Shown: in pieces, positions 46,050 through 55,259 of the stretch | Numbering within the stretch: the first letter of the stretch is position 1 | How the letters are laid out: every line of letters starts with the position of its first letter | Assembly (NCBI GenBank): GCA_963422395.1 | Contig: OY729431.1 | Span: 224,001 to 288,000 of the forward strand | DNA length: 64,000 bases | Source of the DNA: Vicinamibacteria bacterium | Lineage (GTDB): Bacteria > Acidobacteriota > Vicinamibacteria > Marinacidobacterales > Marinacidobacteraceae | Reading direction: 5' to 3' | Notes under the pieces: model-generated | The model's input: only the letters and a program-made list of their open reading frames with translations | Database searches by the model: none | What the model was told of the DNA's origin: nothing | Made by a program: the position numbers and the translations under genes

Positions 46050-47225
46050 TCAGCCGAGAAGAAGTTCTACCTGTCTCGGTTTCACATCCAGGATGCGGGC
46101 GGCGCGGGTGGTGGAGAGTTCTCCGGCGGCCATCGCCGTGCGGACGATTTCGGCCAGGCGGGATCCGAGGCGGTGACGGCGCACCGTATAGAAGTTCGGC
46201 CCTCCGCTCGATTTTCCTCCGGGGTGCTGTCGAGAGCGGTGACGGTCGAGCCATTCCCGGCGCCACCGCGCGTCGAGCTCGGAGAAGGTGACCCAATCGA
46301 GGAGATCGGCGCCGACCATCCGGTAGGCGACCATCGTGCGGCTGAGGTTGCGCTCGTCGGCGAACCGGGCGATGCGTTCGCCGGCGTTTTCGATGTCCGC
46401 GCCGACCGTCGAATCCCGAAGCTCCGGCGCGGGCAGCAGGAACTCGCTGGCGACCGCGTCGCAGAAGTGCTCGACCCGGTGCTTCGTTCTCCGGCCGCCG
46501 AAGCCGGTCTGCCCAAGCAACAGATGGACCGTTTCATGGAGCAGCGTGAACGACCAGGCGGGCGCCGCGTCGTAGTCGTTGATGACGAGGAACGGAGCGA
46601 GATCGTCCGCGATGGCGAACCCGCGGAAGACTTTCGGGTCGATGAGGCTGTGATGGCTGCCCAGGTTCCCCTGGAGCAGAACGAAGATACCGGCCGCCTC
46701 GAGGCGGCGGCGAAGGAAATCGAACGCCGCCCTGGCGTTCTTTTCACGGCGAAAGGACTCGAGGTCCGTGTCGAGGAGCCGCTTCAGGGAAGTGAGGACC
46801 GCCGACTCGCCATCCTCGGCGGCGTGGGAGCCGATGAAGGGGAGCGGGTCCGAATCCTCATCATCGAACAGCAGGTCGCGAACCATGCCCTGACGAGCGC
46901 GAATTCGTCGGACCAGGGCGTCGCGCAAGCCTTCGGCAGCAGGTTCCGGTGAGGACTCCAGCGTTCGGAAATCCACTCCCCGGTCGCCGGTCGCCGGCGG
47001 TCGCGAAAGATAGAACGCGATCAGCGGCCGCCGGTAGTGCCGTGCCATTTCGAGCAGCGTCGAACGCGAGGGTCGGGCGGCCCCGGACTCCATCGCCTCG
47101 AGCTTCTGGACTGCGGTCGCGGTCTTCGTGTCCCGAAGACCGACCTTGCCGGCAGCCGTATCGAGTGGTAGTCCGGCGGTCTCGCGGGCCCAGACGAGGA
47201 GTTGCGGTTCGACGACGACGCGCAT
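46050..47225 (-). CDS. XRE-HTH plus ImmA/IrrE zinc metallopeptidase
   Basis: LLVWARETAGL HTH region, DFRT, FRGFAIAD, FTLLHETVH (HExxH), EHFCDAVASEFLLP. Confidence 0.9.
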   Translation of the reverse strand: MRVVVEPQLLVWARETAGLPLDTAAGKVGLRDTKTATAVQKLEAMESGAARPSRSTLLEMARHYRRPLIAFYLSRPPATGDRGVDFRTLESSPEPAAEGLRDALVRRIRARQGMVRDLLFDDEDSDPLPFIGSHAAEDGESAVLTSLKRLLDTDLESFRREKNARAAFDFLRRRLEAAGIFVLLQGNLGSHHSLIDPKVFRGFAIADDLAPFLVINDYDAAPAWSFTLLHETVHLLLGQTGFGGRRTKHRVEHFCDAVASEFLLPAPELRDSTVGADIENAGERIARFADERNLSRTMVAYRMVGADLLDWVTFSELDARWRREWLDRHRSRQHPGGKSSGGPNFYTVRRHRLGSRLAEIVRTAMAAGELSTTRAARILDVKPRQVELLLG

Positions 47226-47292
47226 GAGCGAGACTCCCGGGGATGCTAAAGCCCCGGCGCGACGGTCGGCAGCCGGACGCCTCGGTGGTCTG

Positions 47293-48486
47293 CTAATTCG
47301 AGGGCTCGGTCCCTTCCGCGACGATTTCCAGGTAGCGCGGGTAGGCATACAGCCGGTGGTTGTGCTTGCCGGTGATTTCGGAGGCGATTCCCAACCTGTC
47401 GAGATGTCGGAGGGAGCGGATCGCGGTCATCGGCGCCCGGCCGAGGTCCGCGGCGGCTTCCGGAATGGAAACCGCCATCCGCCGCTGCAGCAGCCGGTGG
47501 ATCCTGAGCGCCGAAGGCGCCTTGCGTCCGAGCCCTTCGATCCGTTGCCGGTCCTCGTCGAACAGGCGTGACAGGCGCCGTATCGTCTCGACTGCCAGCC
47601 GCGAACTCTCGCGGATTCCCTCGAGGAAGAAGCGGAGCCATCCTTCCCAGTCCCCCTCGAACCGAACCGCGTGGAGTCGGTCGTGATACTCACTGCGGTG
47701 CTGCCGAAAATAGAGGCTCGGACAGAGGAGCGGCGCGGCGAGAAAACCGCTTTCGAGGAGTATGAGCGCGATCAGCAGGCGGCCGAGCCTCCCGTTGCCG
47801 TGGCGAAACGGGTGGATCGTTCCGAACTGGACATGGGTCAGGCCGGCCTTGACCAAGGGAGGGATCCCCGGGGCTTCCTGGCGGAGGAACTCTTCGAAGT
47901 CCGACATCAACCGGGGAATCCGGTCCGGCGGAGGCGGGACGAACTCGGCTTTCCGGGAAGGCACGCCGTCGATGCGGACCTGGGAAACCCGGAATTCTCC
48001 CGGGAGCTTCTGGCGGCCGCCGCCGCCGCACGAGAGGATCTGGTGCATCGTCCGCAGGAGACGGTTCGACACCGCGAATCCCCCGGCGAGCCGCCGCCGC
48101 CCGTGGTCCATTGCCGCCAGGTAGTTCGATGCTTCCGCCGCATCGCGGGCCTTCTGCCGGCCGTGGGGTTTCCGGTGTTCGAACCGCAGCAGGTCCGAGA
48201 GCGAGGCCTGTCCGCCCGCCAGGCGCGAGGAGAGCACCGCTTCCCTGCGGATCGAGGCGCTGGTGAAACCGTCGGGCGCCGGCAGGATGAAACGCATTCC
48301 GTCGAGCCGTCCGATCTCGATCTGGGCCTGCCCCAGCAGCGATTGCAAACGCTCCATCCGAAGCGGGGGCTCGGGAGGCAGCGGCGGCGGCAGGAACGCC
48401 CCTACCAACCCGCGGCCCAAAGCGGATACGAAGACTCGATTGCCGAGCCGGGGGTTCGGGCCTCTGTCCGACGGCTTCCTCCTCAT
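47293..48486 (-). CDS. Fic-family protein with C-terminal HTH and non-canonical motifs
   Basis: AFLPPPLPP, PGEFRVSQ, IHPFRHGNGRLGR, EGWLRFFLEG, EITGKHNHRLYAY. Start uncertain. Confidence 0.88.
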   Translation of the reverse strand: MRRKPSDRGPNPRLGNRVFVSALGRGLVGAFLPPPLPPEPPLRMERLQSLLGQAQIEIGRLDGMRFILPAPDGFTSASIRREAVLSSRLAGGQASLSDLLRFEHRKPHGRQKARDAAEASNYLAAMDHGRRRLAGGFAVSNRLLRTMHQILSCGGGGRQKLPGEFRVSQVRIDGVPSRKAEFVPPPPDRIPRLMSDFEEFLRQEAPGIPPLVKAGLTHVQFGTIHPFRHGNGRLGRLLIALILLESGFLAAPLLCPSLYFRQHRSEYHDRLHAVRFEGDWEGWLRFFLEGIRESSRLAVETIRRLSRLFDEDRQRIEGLGRKAPSALRIHRLLQRRMAVSIPEAAADLGRAPMTAIRSLRHLDRLGIASEITGKHNHRLYAYPRYLEIVAEGTEPSN

Positions 48487-48638
48487 GGGCCCCGGGACTC
48501 GTTCGCGGGCGGGGCTGCTCCCCGAGACGGCAGTCCGTGGCGGAAAAAGCATGAGCACCGGACCGGACCAGCTCTCCCGGTGGGAGTGGCTCGCAGCGGA
48601 TTCGAGGTGTCTCTGGGCCGGCGTTTCGGTTGCGCGGC

Positions 48639-51600
48639 TCAGCGGCCTCCCTTTTCGGTGCCCGGGACGCGGACGACCCCGGGGACTCCCTGACCCTCGA
48701 GGGCGCGGTTCGCTTCGGGAAGCTGGTTTTCGAGGACCTGCTGCAGGTCCTGGCGTGCGGTCTCCAGGCGGCCTCGGAGAACTTCATGGACTTCGCGCAT
48801 CGGATCGGTGGGCGGGAAATCCGCACTCGCCACTGCGCCGGCGAGGTAGGCGATCCGTCCTCCGAGCTGCGTGGGCCAGCGGACGCTGTCCTGTCCGGTG
48901 CCGGTGAGTTTCCGCTGGATGAGGCGTTCCTCGACCGAGATCAGAGAGCCTTCGAGTCCATCCACCACCGAGGCGACCGATTCGGTCTTTCCGGTTTCCG
49001 CGACGACCTCCTTGAGATCGGCGAGCTGGCGCCGGAGCCATTCGATCTCGTTCACCATCCCGGATACCTCCTCGAGATCGGCGCGGAGCTCCCGGAGCAT
49101 CGCCACCTGTTCCGCGATGTCGTCGAGAGTCCCTTCGCTGCGCGGGTCCTTCAGCAGGGTGAGCGACCGGGTCTGCTCATCGTCTCCCACTCTGAGGGTG
49201 ACCTGATATTCCCCCGGCGGGGCCAGGATCGAGATCCGCCCCGCGGGCGCCGCAAGGGACCGGTCTTCGCCGAGATCCACCCAATCGGCGTACGCCGGAG
49301 GGGTCCGAATCTTCATTTCGGTCGTGGCTTCCTCACGGAGGTCCCACCAAACCCGATTCAAGCCGGCGTCGCCGCTGCCTTCGAGGGTCCGAATGGTCTC
49401 GCCGTCGGCGTTTCGCACCTCGAGCGAGACCTCATCGGTTCCTTCCTTCAACCAGTAGCTGAGCGAAGCGCCGTACGGCGGGTTCTCTCCCGCCGACCAG
49501 TCGTCGAATTGCGAAAACGGAGCGGTGATGGGATGAAAACGGTATGCCTGGCGTAATTCGAACAGGTGCGACTCTTTCGCGGTGATCTCTTCGTTCCATT
49601 GCTGGAGCGGCCCGATGTCGTCCATGATCCAAAAGCCCCGGCCGTAGGTTCCCACCACCAGATCGTGGAAATGCTCCTGCACCGTGATCCAGTACATCGG
49701 GCTCGGCGGCAGGCCGCCGGTGAGCCGCTGCCAGTGATCGCCGTCGTCGAAGCTGACATAGAGGAAGTTCTCGGTTCCGAGATAGAGGAGCCCGGGGCGT
49801 ACCGGGTCCTCCCGCACATTCCGCGTATAGCTCAGCGGGCTGTCCGCGACCCCGTTCACGATCCGGGTCCACGATTCGCCGAAATCCTCGGTCCGGAACG
49901 CATACGGAGCGAAGTCGCCGACCTGGTGCGCCTCGACGGTCAGGTACGCCTTGCCGGCGCTCCATTTCGAGGCGTCCACATTCCGCACCACTCCGTCGGC
50001 CGGCATCCCGGGAATGTTCTCGGTCACATCGGTCCAGCTCGCCCCGCCGTCCCGGGTGACATGCAGCAGGCCGTCGTTGGTGCCGGCCCAGATCACCCCC
50101 TGCTGTACCGGGCTCTCGTCGATCGCATAGACCACGCAGCAGTACTCGACGCCGATGTTGTCGGGAGTCAGCCCGCCGGAGATCGTCTGCCGGCTCCGGT
50201 CGTTCGTGCTGAGGTCGGGACTGATCTCCTCCCAGCTCTGGCCGCCGTTCGTGGTCCGGTGGACATGCTGGCTGCCGACATACACCGTGTTCCGGTCGTG
50301 CGGAGAGATGAGGAGCGGGAAAACCCACTGGAAGCGATAGCGCAGGCCTTCCGCCGACCAGCCCAGCGTGCTCTCCGGCCACACTTCGACCTGCCGGAAT
50401 TGCCGGGTGCGCTCGTCGTAGCGCACCACGATGCCGCCGGCGGCCCCCGCGCCGGAGGCACTGGACCAGACGATGTTCGGATCCTCGGGATCCGGGGTCG
50501 CGAAGCCGCTCTCCCCGCCGCCGACGCCGTGCCACATGCCGCGCGGGATGCCCGACGCGAAGAAACCGCCGGTGAACGCCCGACTGGGGCCTCGGGTGGA
50601 GGGTCCGTCCTGCCGGTTGCCGAGTACATGGTAGGGAATGTCGTTGTCCACGGTCACGTGGTACATCTGGGCGATCGGGAGCTGCACCTTGAACCAGGAT
50701 TTTCCGCGGTTCTCCGAAATCGAAACCCCGCCGTCGTGGGCTACCGCCATCCGGCCGCCGTCCCCGGGGTCGATCCACATGTCGTGGTGATCCCATCCAG
50801 GCGCCTCGCTCGCCTGGTGCACCCGGTGGGTCTTCCCGGCGTCCAGAGTGGAAGCGAACGACGCCGTCAAGAAATACGCTTCGTCCCGGTCGTCGGGGGC
50901 GGCGGCGCAGCGCGAGTAGTAGGCGCTGCGGCCGGCGAGATTCCGATTCTCGGTCTGCAGCGTCCAGGAGCTCCCCCCGTCGCTCGTGGCCCACAGCTCG
51001 CCGCTTTCGGCCTCGCCGCCTGCCCAGGGTACGCCGTCGCTGGTCTCGATCAGCGCGAAGACCCGCCGCGAATCGGACTTGCTCATGCAGAGCGCGATCT
51101 TTCCCACTGCGTGTTCGGGCAGCCCGTTCCCTTCGAGCCGGGTCCAGGTGTCCCCGCCGTCGCGGGTCTGGTAGAGCCCGCTGCCGGGCCCGCCGCTCAC
51201 CCGGCCCCAGGTCCGGATCGAGAGCTGCCACATCCCGGCGAACAGGATGCGGGGATTGTTGGGGTCCATCATCAGGTCGGAAGCCCCGGTGTTCTCGTCC
51301 ACGAACAGGACCCGATCCCAGGTCTCGCCGCCGTCGGTCGTCCGGTAGATGCCGCGCTCCTCCTGCGGGGCGTAGGCGTGCCCGAGCGACGCCGCATAGA
51401 CGATGTTCGGGTCGCTCGGGTGGATCACGATCCGACCGATGCGCGCGGTCGCCTCGAGTCCCATCGCCTTCCAGCTCTCCCCCGCGTCGGTGGATCGGAA
51501 GACCCCGGTCCCGATGGACACATTCGCCCGGATGAAGGTCTCTCCGGTGCCTGCCCAGACGATGTTCGGGTCGGATTCGGCCACCGCGAGGGCGCCGATC

Positions 51601-51869
51601 GAGTGGGCATCCTGATCGTCGAACACCGGACGCCAGCGGAGGCCGGCGTCTTCGGTCTTCCAGATGCCGCCGGTGGCGGCGCCGGCGTAGTAGAGGTCCC
51701 GGTTCCCGGGGACGCCGGCGACCGCGAGCGTGCGGTTACCTACCGGCCCGATGTGTCGGAAGCGAAGCCCGCCGAGCTGATCGGCGGGCGGCTGGGCGAA
51801 CGCGGAAGCAGCGCCCAGCAGGATGAGCGCCGCCAGATGGGCGGGAGGGTGGTAGAGCGAGTGGCGCAT
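48639..51869 (-). CDS. VPS10/BNR (Asp-box) beta-propeller, glycosyl-hydrolase-like exported protein
   Basis: FRHIGP..NR start; many SxDxGxxW boxes (STDAGESW, TTDGGETW, TRDGGDTW, SFDDGDHW); GGAGG RBS. Confidence 0.88.
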   Translation of the reverse strand: MRHSLYHPPAHLAALILLGAASAFAQPPADQLGGLRFRHIGPVGNRTLAVAGVPGNRDLYYAGAATGGIWKTEDAGLRWRPVFDDQDAHSIGALAVAESDPNIVWAGTGETFIRANVSIGTGVFRSTDAGESWKAMGLEATARIGRIVIHPSDPNIVYAASLGHAYAPQEERGIYRTTDGGETWDRVLFVDENTGASDLMMDPNNPRILFAGMWQLSIRTWGRVSGGPGSGLYQTRDGGDTWTRLEGNGLPEHAVGKIALCMSKSDSRRVFALIETSDGVPWAGGEAESGELWATSDGGSSWTLQTENRNLAGRSAYYSRCAAAPDDRDEAYFLTASFASTLDAGKTHRVHQASEAPGWDHHDMWIDPGDGGRMAVAHDGGVSISENRGKSWFKVQLPIAQMYHVTVDNDIPYHVLGNRQDGPSTRGPSRAFTGGFFASGIPRGMWHGVGGGESGFATPDPEDPNIVWSSASGAGAAGGIVVRYDERTRQFRQVEVWPESTLGWSAEGLRYRFQWVFPLLISPHDRNTVYVGSQHVHRTTNGGQSWEEISPDLSTNDRSRQTISGGLTPDNIGVEYCCVVYAIDESPVQQGVIWAGTNDGLLHVTRDGGASWTDVTENIPGMPADGVVRNVDASKWSAGKAYLTVEAHQVGDFAPYAFRTEDFGESWTRIVNGVADSPLSYTRNVREDPVRPGLLYLGTENFLYVSFDDGDHWQRLTGGLPPSPMYWITVQEHFHDLVVGTYGRGFWIMDDIGPLQQWNEEITAKESHLFELRQAYRFHPITAPFSQFDDWSAGENPPYGASLSYWLKEGTDEVSLEVRNADGETIRTLEGSGDAGLNRVWWDLREEATTEMKIRTPPAYADWVDLGEDRSLAAPAGRISILAPPGEYQVTLRVGDDEQTRSLTLLKDPRSEGTLDDIAEQVAMLRELRADLEEVSGMVNEIEWLRRQLADLKEVVAETGKTESVASVVDGLEGSLISVEERLIQRKLTGTGQDSVRWPTQLGGRIAYLAGAVASADFPPTDPMREVHEVLRGRLETARQDLQQVLENQLPEANRALEGQGVPGVVRVPGTEKGGR

Positions 51870-51903
51870 GGGATGGTTCCTCCGTGCCGGATGGGGTCTG
51901 CGA

Positions 51904-53238
51904 TTATGCGGGTTGGCCGGACGGCGAGTCTTCCCGGTTCCGCCGGCGGAAATGGAGCCAGAAGGGAAGGCCCGCCGCCGTGATCCCGAGGCCGATCAGC
52001 GCGTCCCGCGGATCGGTCCACAGGGTGTTGCCCAGCAGTACGGCGCAGAAGACGGTGAACAGCGCCGGCAGCAGGGGGTATCCGAAGGCGCGGTAGGGCC
52101 GCTCGAGGTCGGGCTGCTTCCAGCGAAGCGCGAAGACGGCGGCGCTCCCGAGCCCGTAGAAGAGCCACGAAACGACCACCACATAGGTGAAGAGCTGGTC
52201 GTAGCTGCCGGTGAGCGCGATGCCGGCGGCCCAGATCCCCTGAGCGAGGGTGGCGTTCACCGGAACCGCTCCCGGTCCCAGGCGGGCGAACGGCCGGAAG
52301 AAGGCGCCGCCCTGCGCCATCGCGTAGTACACCCGCGCGCCAGTGAAGAGGAACCCGTTGGCGGCGGCGAAACAGGACACCATCACCGCCAGCGACACCA
52401 GCTGGCTCCCCAGCTGCCCTCCGGCCCGGCCGGCGGCGTCGGCGGCGATGGTCTCGGCGCCGGGAAAGGCGGATAGCGGCAGCGCCCGCAGGTAGGCGAA
52501 GTGGAGCAGCAGGTAGATCCCGATGAGGAGCAGCAGGCTGAGAGAGATCGCGCGGGGAAGGAAGCGCCGGGGGTTCTTCACCTCGCCCCCGACGAAGGTG
52601 ACGCTGATCCAGCCGTCGTACGCCCAGAGCGCCCCGACGATCGCCGCACCCCAGCGCGCCGCCGCCGAACCCTCCAGCGGAAGCCGCGAGCGCGCGATCT
52701 CCTCGACCGGCTGATCTCCCCAGAAGGCGCAAAGGACGACGATCGCCCCCGCCATCGCCAGTTTGGCGGCCGTGGTCAGGTTCTGGGTGGCGGCAGAGGT
52801 GCGCACGCTGCGGCAATTCCAAAGCGACAAACCGAGGATGAGGGCCACCGCGGCCGCCTTGGCGGCGATCGGGCCCAAGGGGACGAATTCCGCCGCGTAC
52901 TCGACGAAGACGACTGCCACCGCCGCGATGGATGCAGTCTGGATGACGGCGAACAGGCTCCAGCCGTAGAGGAAGCCGACGAGCGGGTGCCAGGCGCGCT
53001 CCAGATAGACGTACTCGCCCCCGGCGTCCGGGTACATCGCTGCGAGTTCGGCGATGGCGAACGCCCCGCAGAGCGACATCGCTCCGGCTCCGACCCAGAC
53101 GAGCGCCGCTCCGCCCGCCGACCCGGTCGCGGCGATCACATAGGCGGGCACCACGAACGCCGCCGAGGCGAGGATGGTTCCGATGTTGATGAAGAGCGCG
53201 TCGCCCAGTCTGAGCTCGCGCCTCAGTCCCGGCGCCAA
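51904..53238 (-). CDS. APC-family amino-acid permease
   Basis: LRRELRLGD, AELAAMYPDAGGEYVYL, LWAYDGW, ERPYRAFGYP; start uncertain (TTG 53238). Confidence 0.9.
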   Translation of the reverse strand: MAPGLRRELRLGDALFINIGTILASAAFVVPAYVIAATGSAGGAALVWVGAGAMSLCGAFAIAELAAMYPDAGGEYVYLERAWHPLVGFLYGWSLFAVIQTASIAAVAVVFVEYAAEFVPLGPIAAKAAAVALILGLSLWNCRSVRTSAATQNLTTAAKLAMAGAIVVLCAFWGDQPVEEIARSRLPLEGSAAARWGAAIVGALWAYDGWISVTFVGGEVKNPRRFLPRAISLSLLLLIGIYLLLHFAYLRALPLSAFPGAETIAADAAGRAGGQLGSQLVSLAVMVSCFAAANGFLFTGARVYYAMAQGGAFFRPFARLGPGAVPVNATLAQGIWAAGIALTGSYDQLFTYVVVVSWLFYGLGSAAVFALRWKQPDLERPYRAFGYPLLPALFTVFCAVLLGNTLWTDPRDALIGLGITAAGLPFWLHFRRRNREDSPSGQPA

Positions 53239-53340
53239 GGGTTCGAAGTATCCGCTATGCTGCGGTCGGGGCTCCGTCCCCGGGTCGGGCCGCCGAAGTA
53301 GAGTCGAAACTAGACGTTCACCATGTCGGGAGGATTCCTC

Positions 53341-54252
53341 ATGCGGCTGTCTTTCCATGCCATCTTGTACGCCGGCATCCTGATGGCCCACTCCGTTTCG
53401 GGGCAGGAGGCGGCGAAGCGGATTTCGGGATCGCCGTCCGGCGAAGAGGCGCCTCTCCCGCAGTCGCCGCCGGCTGCACCCCCTGCGTGGGAGTTCGAGG
53501 TGTTCGGCCGCGGGGGGGCGGCCGGCCTGTCGGCACGCGGGGAGGTCTCCTTCGGCGTGGAGATTCCGGACCCGAATTTCGCCCTTTCCGATACTGAGCG
53601 TTTTCCCGACCTGACGACCAGTGCACGTTCGGCGAACTGGGGCGCCGGGCTTCGTGCGAGGCGGGGACGATGGGGTCTGGAAGGGCAGTACCACCGCGTC
53701 GACACCAGTGTTTTCCTTCCGACCGCCCTGATCCGGGAAACTTCCATCGAAGGGAGCGGGGACATTCCACTTCTGGAAGCGGCCACCGATCTCGTGGCGG
53801 TGCTGGGAGTGCTCGAGTTTCCCTTCCGGAGCGGGCCGTCCGGTTTCTTCGTCGGCCTCGGCGCCGGCTATGCCGTAATGGGAAACCGCGAAGCGAGCCG
53901 GGTCCCGATGGGGGACTCCGGCACGGGGTTTTCGGATGAAACTTTCGGCGATGCCGAGAATGTCCTCTTGTCGGCCAGCTTGTCCCCGCGCGACTACCAC
54001 GCGGACCGCGGATCGCTGCTCGTCGGCGGAACTGCGGGTCTGACCCTTCGCACCGGCCGCCTGTTCCTGCGCCCGCGTCTGGATGTGTTCCTCGGTGGGA
54101 CGCGGACGACCGAAGAGAGCTGGGACTTCGATATCGGAGTGTCGGCACCTGGACAGCGCTTCGATTTCGCGGGGGTCGTCGCGTTGGAGACCGCTGTCCG
54201 GCCGCGGTTCTTCCTGTTCAGCGTGGATGTGGGGTTGTCCTTCGGTCGCTAG
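53341..54252 (+). CDS. Hypothetical exported protein, possible outer-membrane beta-barrel
   Basis: GGAGGA RBS, signal peptide, amphipathic strands (FFVGLGAGY, FSVDVGLSF) and a Phe near the C-terminus. Confidence 0.6.
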   Translation: MRLSFHAILYAGILMAHSVSGQEAAKRISGSPSGEEAPLPQSPPAAPPAWEFEVFGRGGAAGLSARGEVSFGVEIPDPNFALSDTERFPDLTTSARSANWGAGLRARRGRWGLEGQYHRVDTSVFLPTALIRETSIEGSGDIPLLEAATDLVAVLGVLEFPFRSGPSGFFVGLGAGYAVMGNREASRVPMGDSGTGFSDETFGDAENVLLSASLSPRDYHADRGSLLVGGTAGLTLRTGRLFLRPRLDVFLGGTRTTEESWDFDIGVSAPGQRFDFAGVVALETAVRPRFFLFSVDVGLSFGR

Positions 54253-54436
54253 CGCCTGTAGATGAAGTGACGCGAGCCCCAAGATCGGGGAGGCGCCCGG
54301 CGGACGAGGCGCGATTCGGGGGCATACCGGGTGTATTCCGACGGAATCGCAATGCCGAGCGAAGCGTTCAGCCGGGGCCCCACCGGAAGCACTGGGCATC
54401 GCCGGCCTTTGGCCGTGTGACTTCGTCCACCGGCTG
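54253..54436. mobile_element. MITE-like palindromic element, 184 bp, flanked by a CTAG duplication
   Basis: CTAG at 54249-54252 and 54437-54440; left end C-GCCTGTAGATGAAGTGAC versus reverse-complemented right end CAGCCGGTGGACGAAGTCAC; nested internal stems (GCGATTC/GAATCGC, ATAC/GTAT). Confidence 0.72.
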
Positions 54437-54559
54437 CTAGCTCCTTGCCCCCCGCCGGACGCCTTCGCGCCGCGCCTCTCCCTGGCGGTTGCGGGGCAGG
54501 TCCCCTTCTTGCGGGTACCGCCGCCCGGAAGGCGGCGAGCAGGACTACGATGGCCAGAT

Positions 54560-55099
54560 ATGGCCGTGAACCCCGCCGATCCGGGCCGACGAGACGCGGA
54601 CTCGATGCGCGCCGCGCTCGCGGAAGCGATCTGGGCGGAACGCAGCGGGGAGGTCCCGGTGGGCGCGGTGGTGGTGCGGAACGGGGAGGTGGTTGCGCGG
54701 GGTCGGAACCGGGTGCTCGAAACCGGCGACCCCACCGCCCACGCCGAGATCGTCGCTCTCCGCGTTGCCGCGCACCGCGTGGGGAACTACCGGCTCACGG
54801 GCTGCGACCTCTATGCGACCGTCGAACCTTGCCTGATGTGTGCGGGCGCGATCGTCCATTCGCGCATCCGGCGGCTGGTGTACGGCCCGCCCGAGCCCAA
54901 ATTCGGTGGGGTAGAATCGAAGCTCGCGTTGGATGAGCTGGGGCTTCCGCATCGTCTCACGGTGGTTTCGGGAGTTCTGGCCGATGAAGGACGCCGGCTG
55001 CTGCAGCGCTTCTTCCAGGAACGGAGGCGGGTTTCGACCCTCCCCGACGGACTTCCACCGTTCGAGACGAGGCCCGGAGAGGTACCGAAGTGGCCGTAA
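54560..55099 (+). CDS. tadA: tRNA adenosine(34) deaminase
   Basis: GEVPVGAVVV, DPTAHAE, TVEPCLMCAGA, FFQERR. Confidence 0.92.
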   Translation: MAVNPADPGRRDADSMRAALAEAIWAERSGEVPVGAVVVRNGEVVARGRNRVLETGDPTAHAEIVALRVAAHRVGNYRLTGCDLYATVEPCLMCAGAIVHSRIRRLVYGPPEPKFGGVESKLALDELGLPHRLTVVSGVLADEGRRLLQRFFQERRRVSTLPDGLPPFETRPGEVPKWP

Positions 55100-55168
55100 C
55101 GGGGGCGCCTCGAAAGCGCTTTGTCCGGTGAAGAACCGGGCACGTGGGTTCGAATCCCACCCTCTCCG
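55076..55168 (+). tRNA. tRNA-Ser (anticodon CGA)
   Basis: Acceptor stem GGAGAGG/CCTCTCC, anticodon arm GGCGC-CTCGAAA-GCGCT, long variable arm, T-arm GTGGG-TTCGAAT-CCCAC, discriminator G; followed by CCG, so CCA is not encoded. Confidence 0.95.
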
Positions 55169-55259
55169 CCGCCCACCCCCGGTTCGATCTCCGAGGGTTT
55201 CGCCAGCGCCGGTATCGGCTTTCCGGCGAAATCGGCGCTCCGCTTCGGTCGCGGCGCTC

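Noticed and set aside
53239-54735. Upstream half of the 943-aa permease ORF
   Set aside because: Runs antisense through a plus-strand gene, the MITE-like element and tadA; permease homology begins near 53238.
55168-55210. Possible att-site duplication of the tRNA 3' end (GGTTCGATC...CGCCA)
   Set aside because: Similarity to the tRNA 3' end is limited to short words, there is no matching acceptor stem, and no integrase is present in the window.
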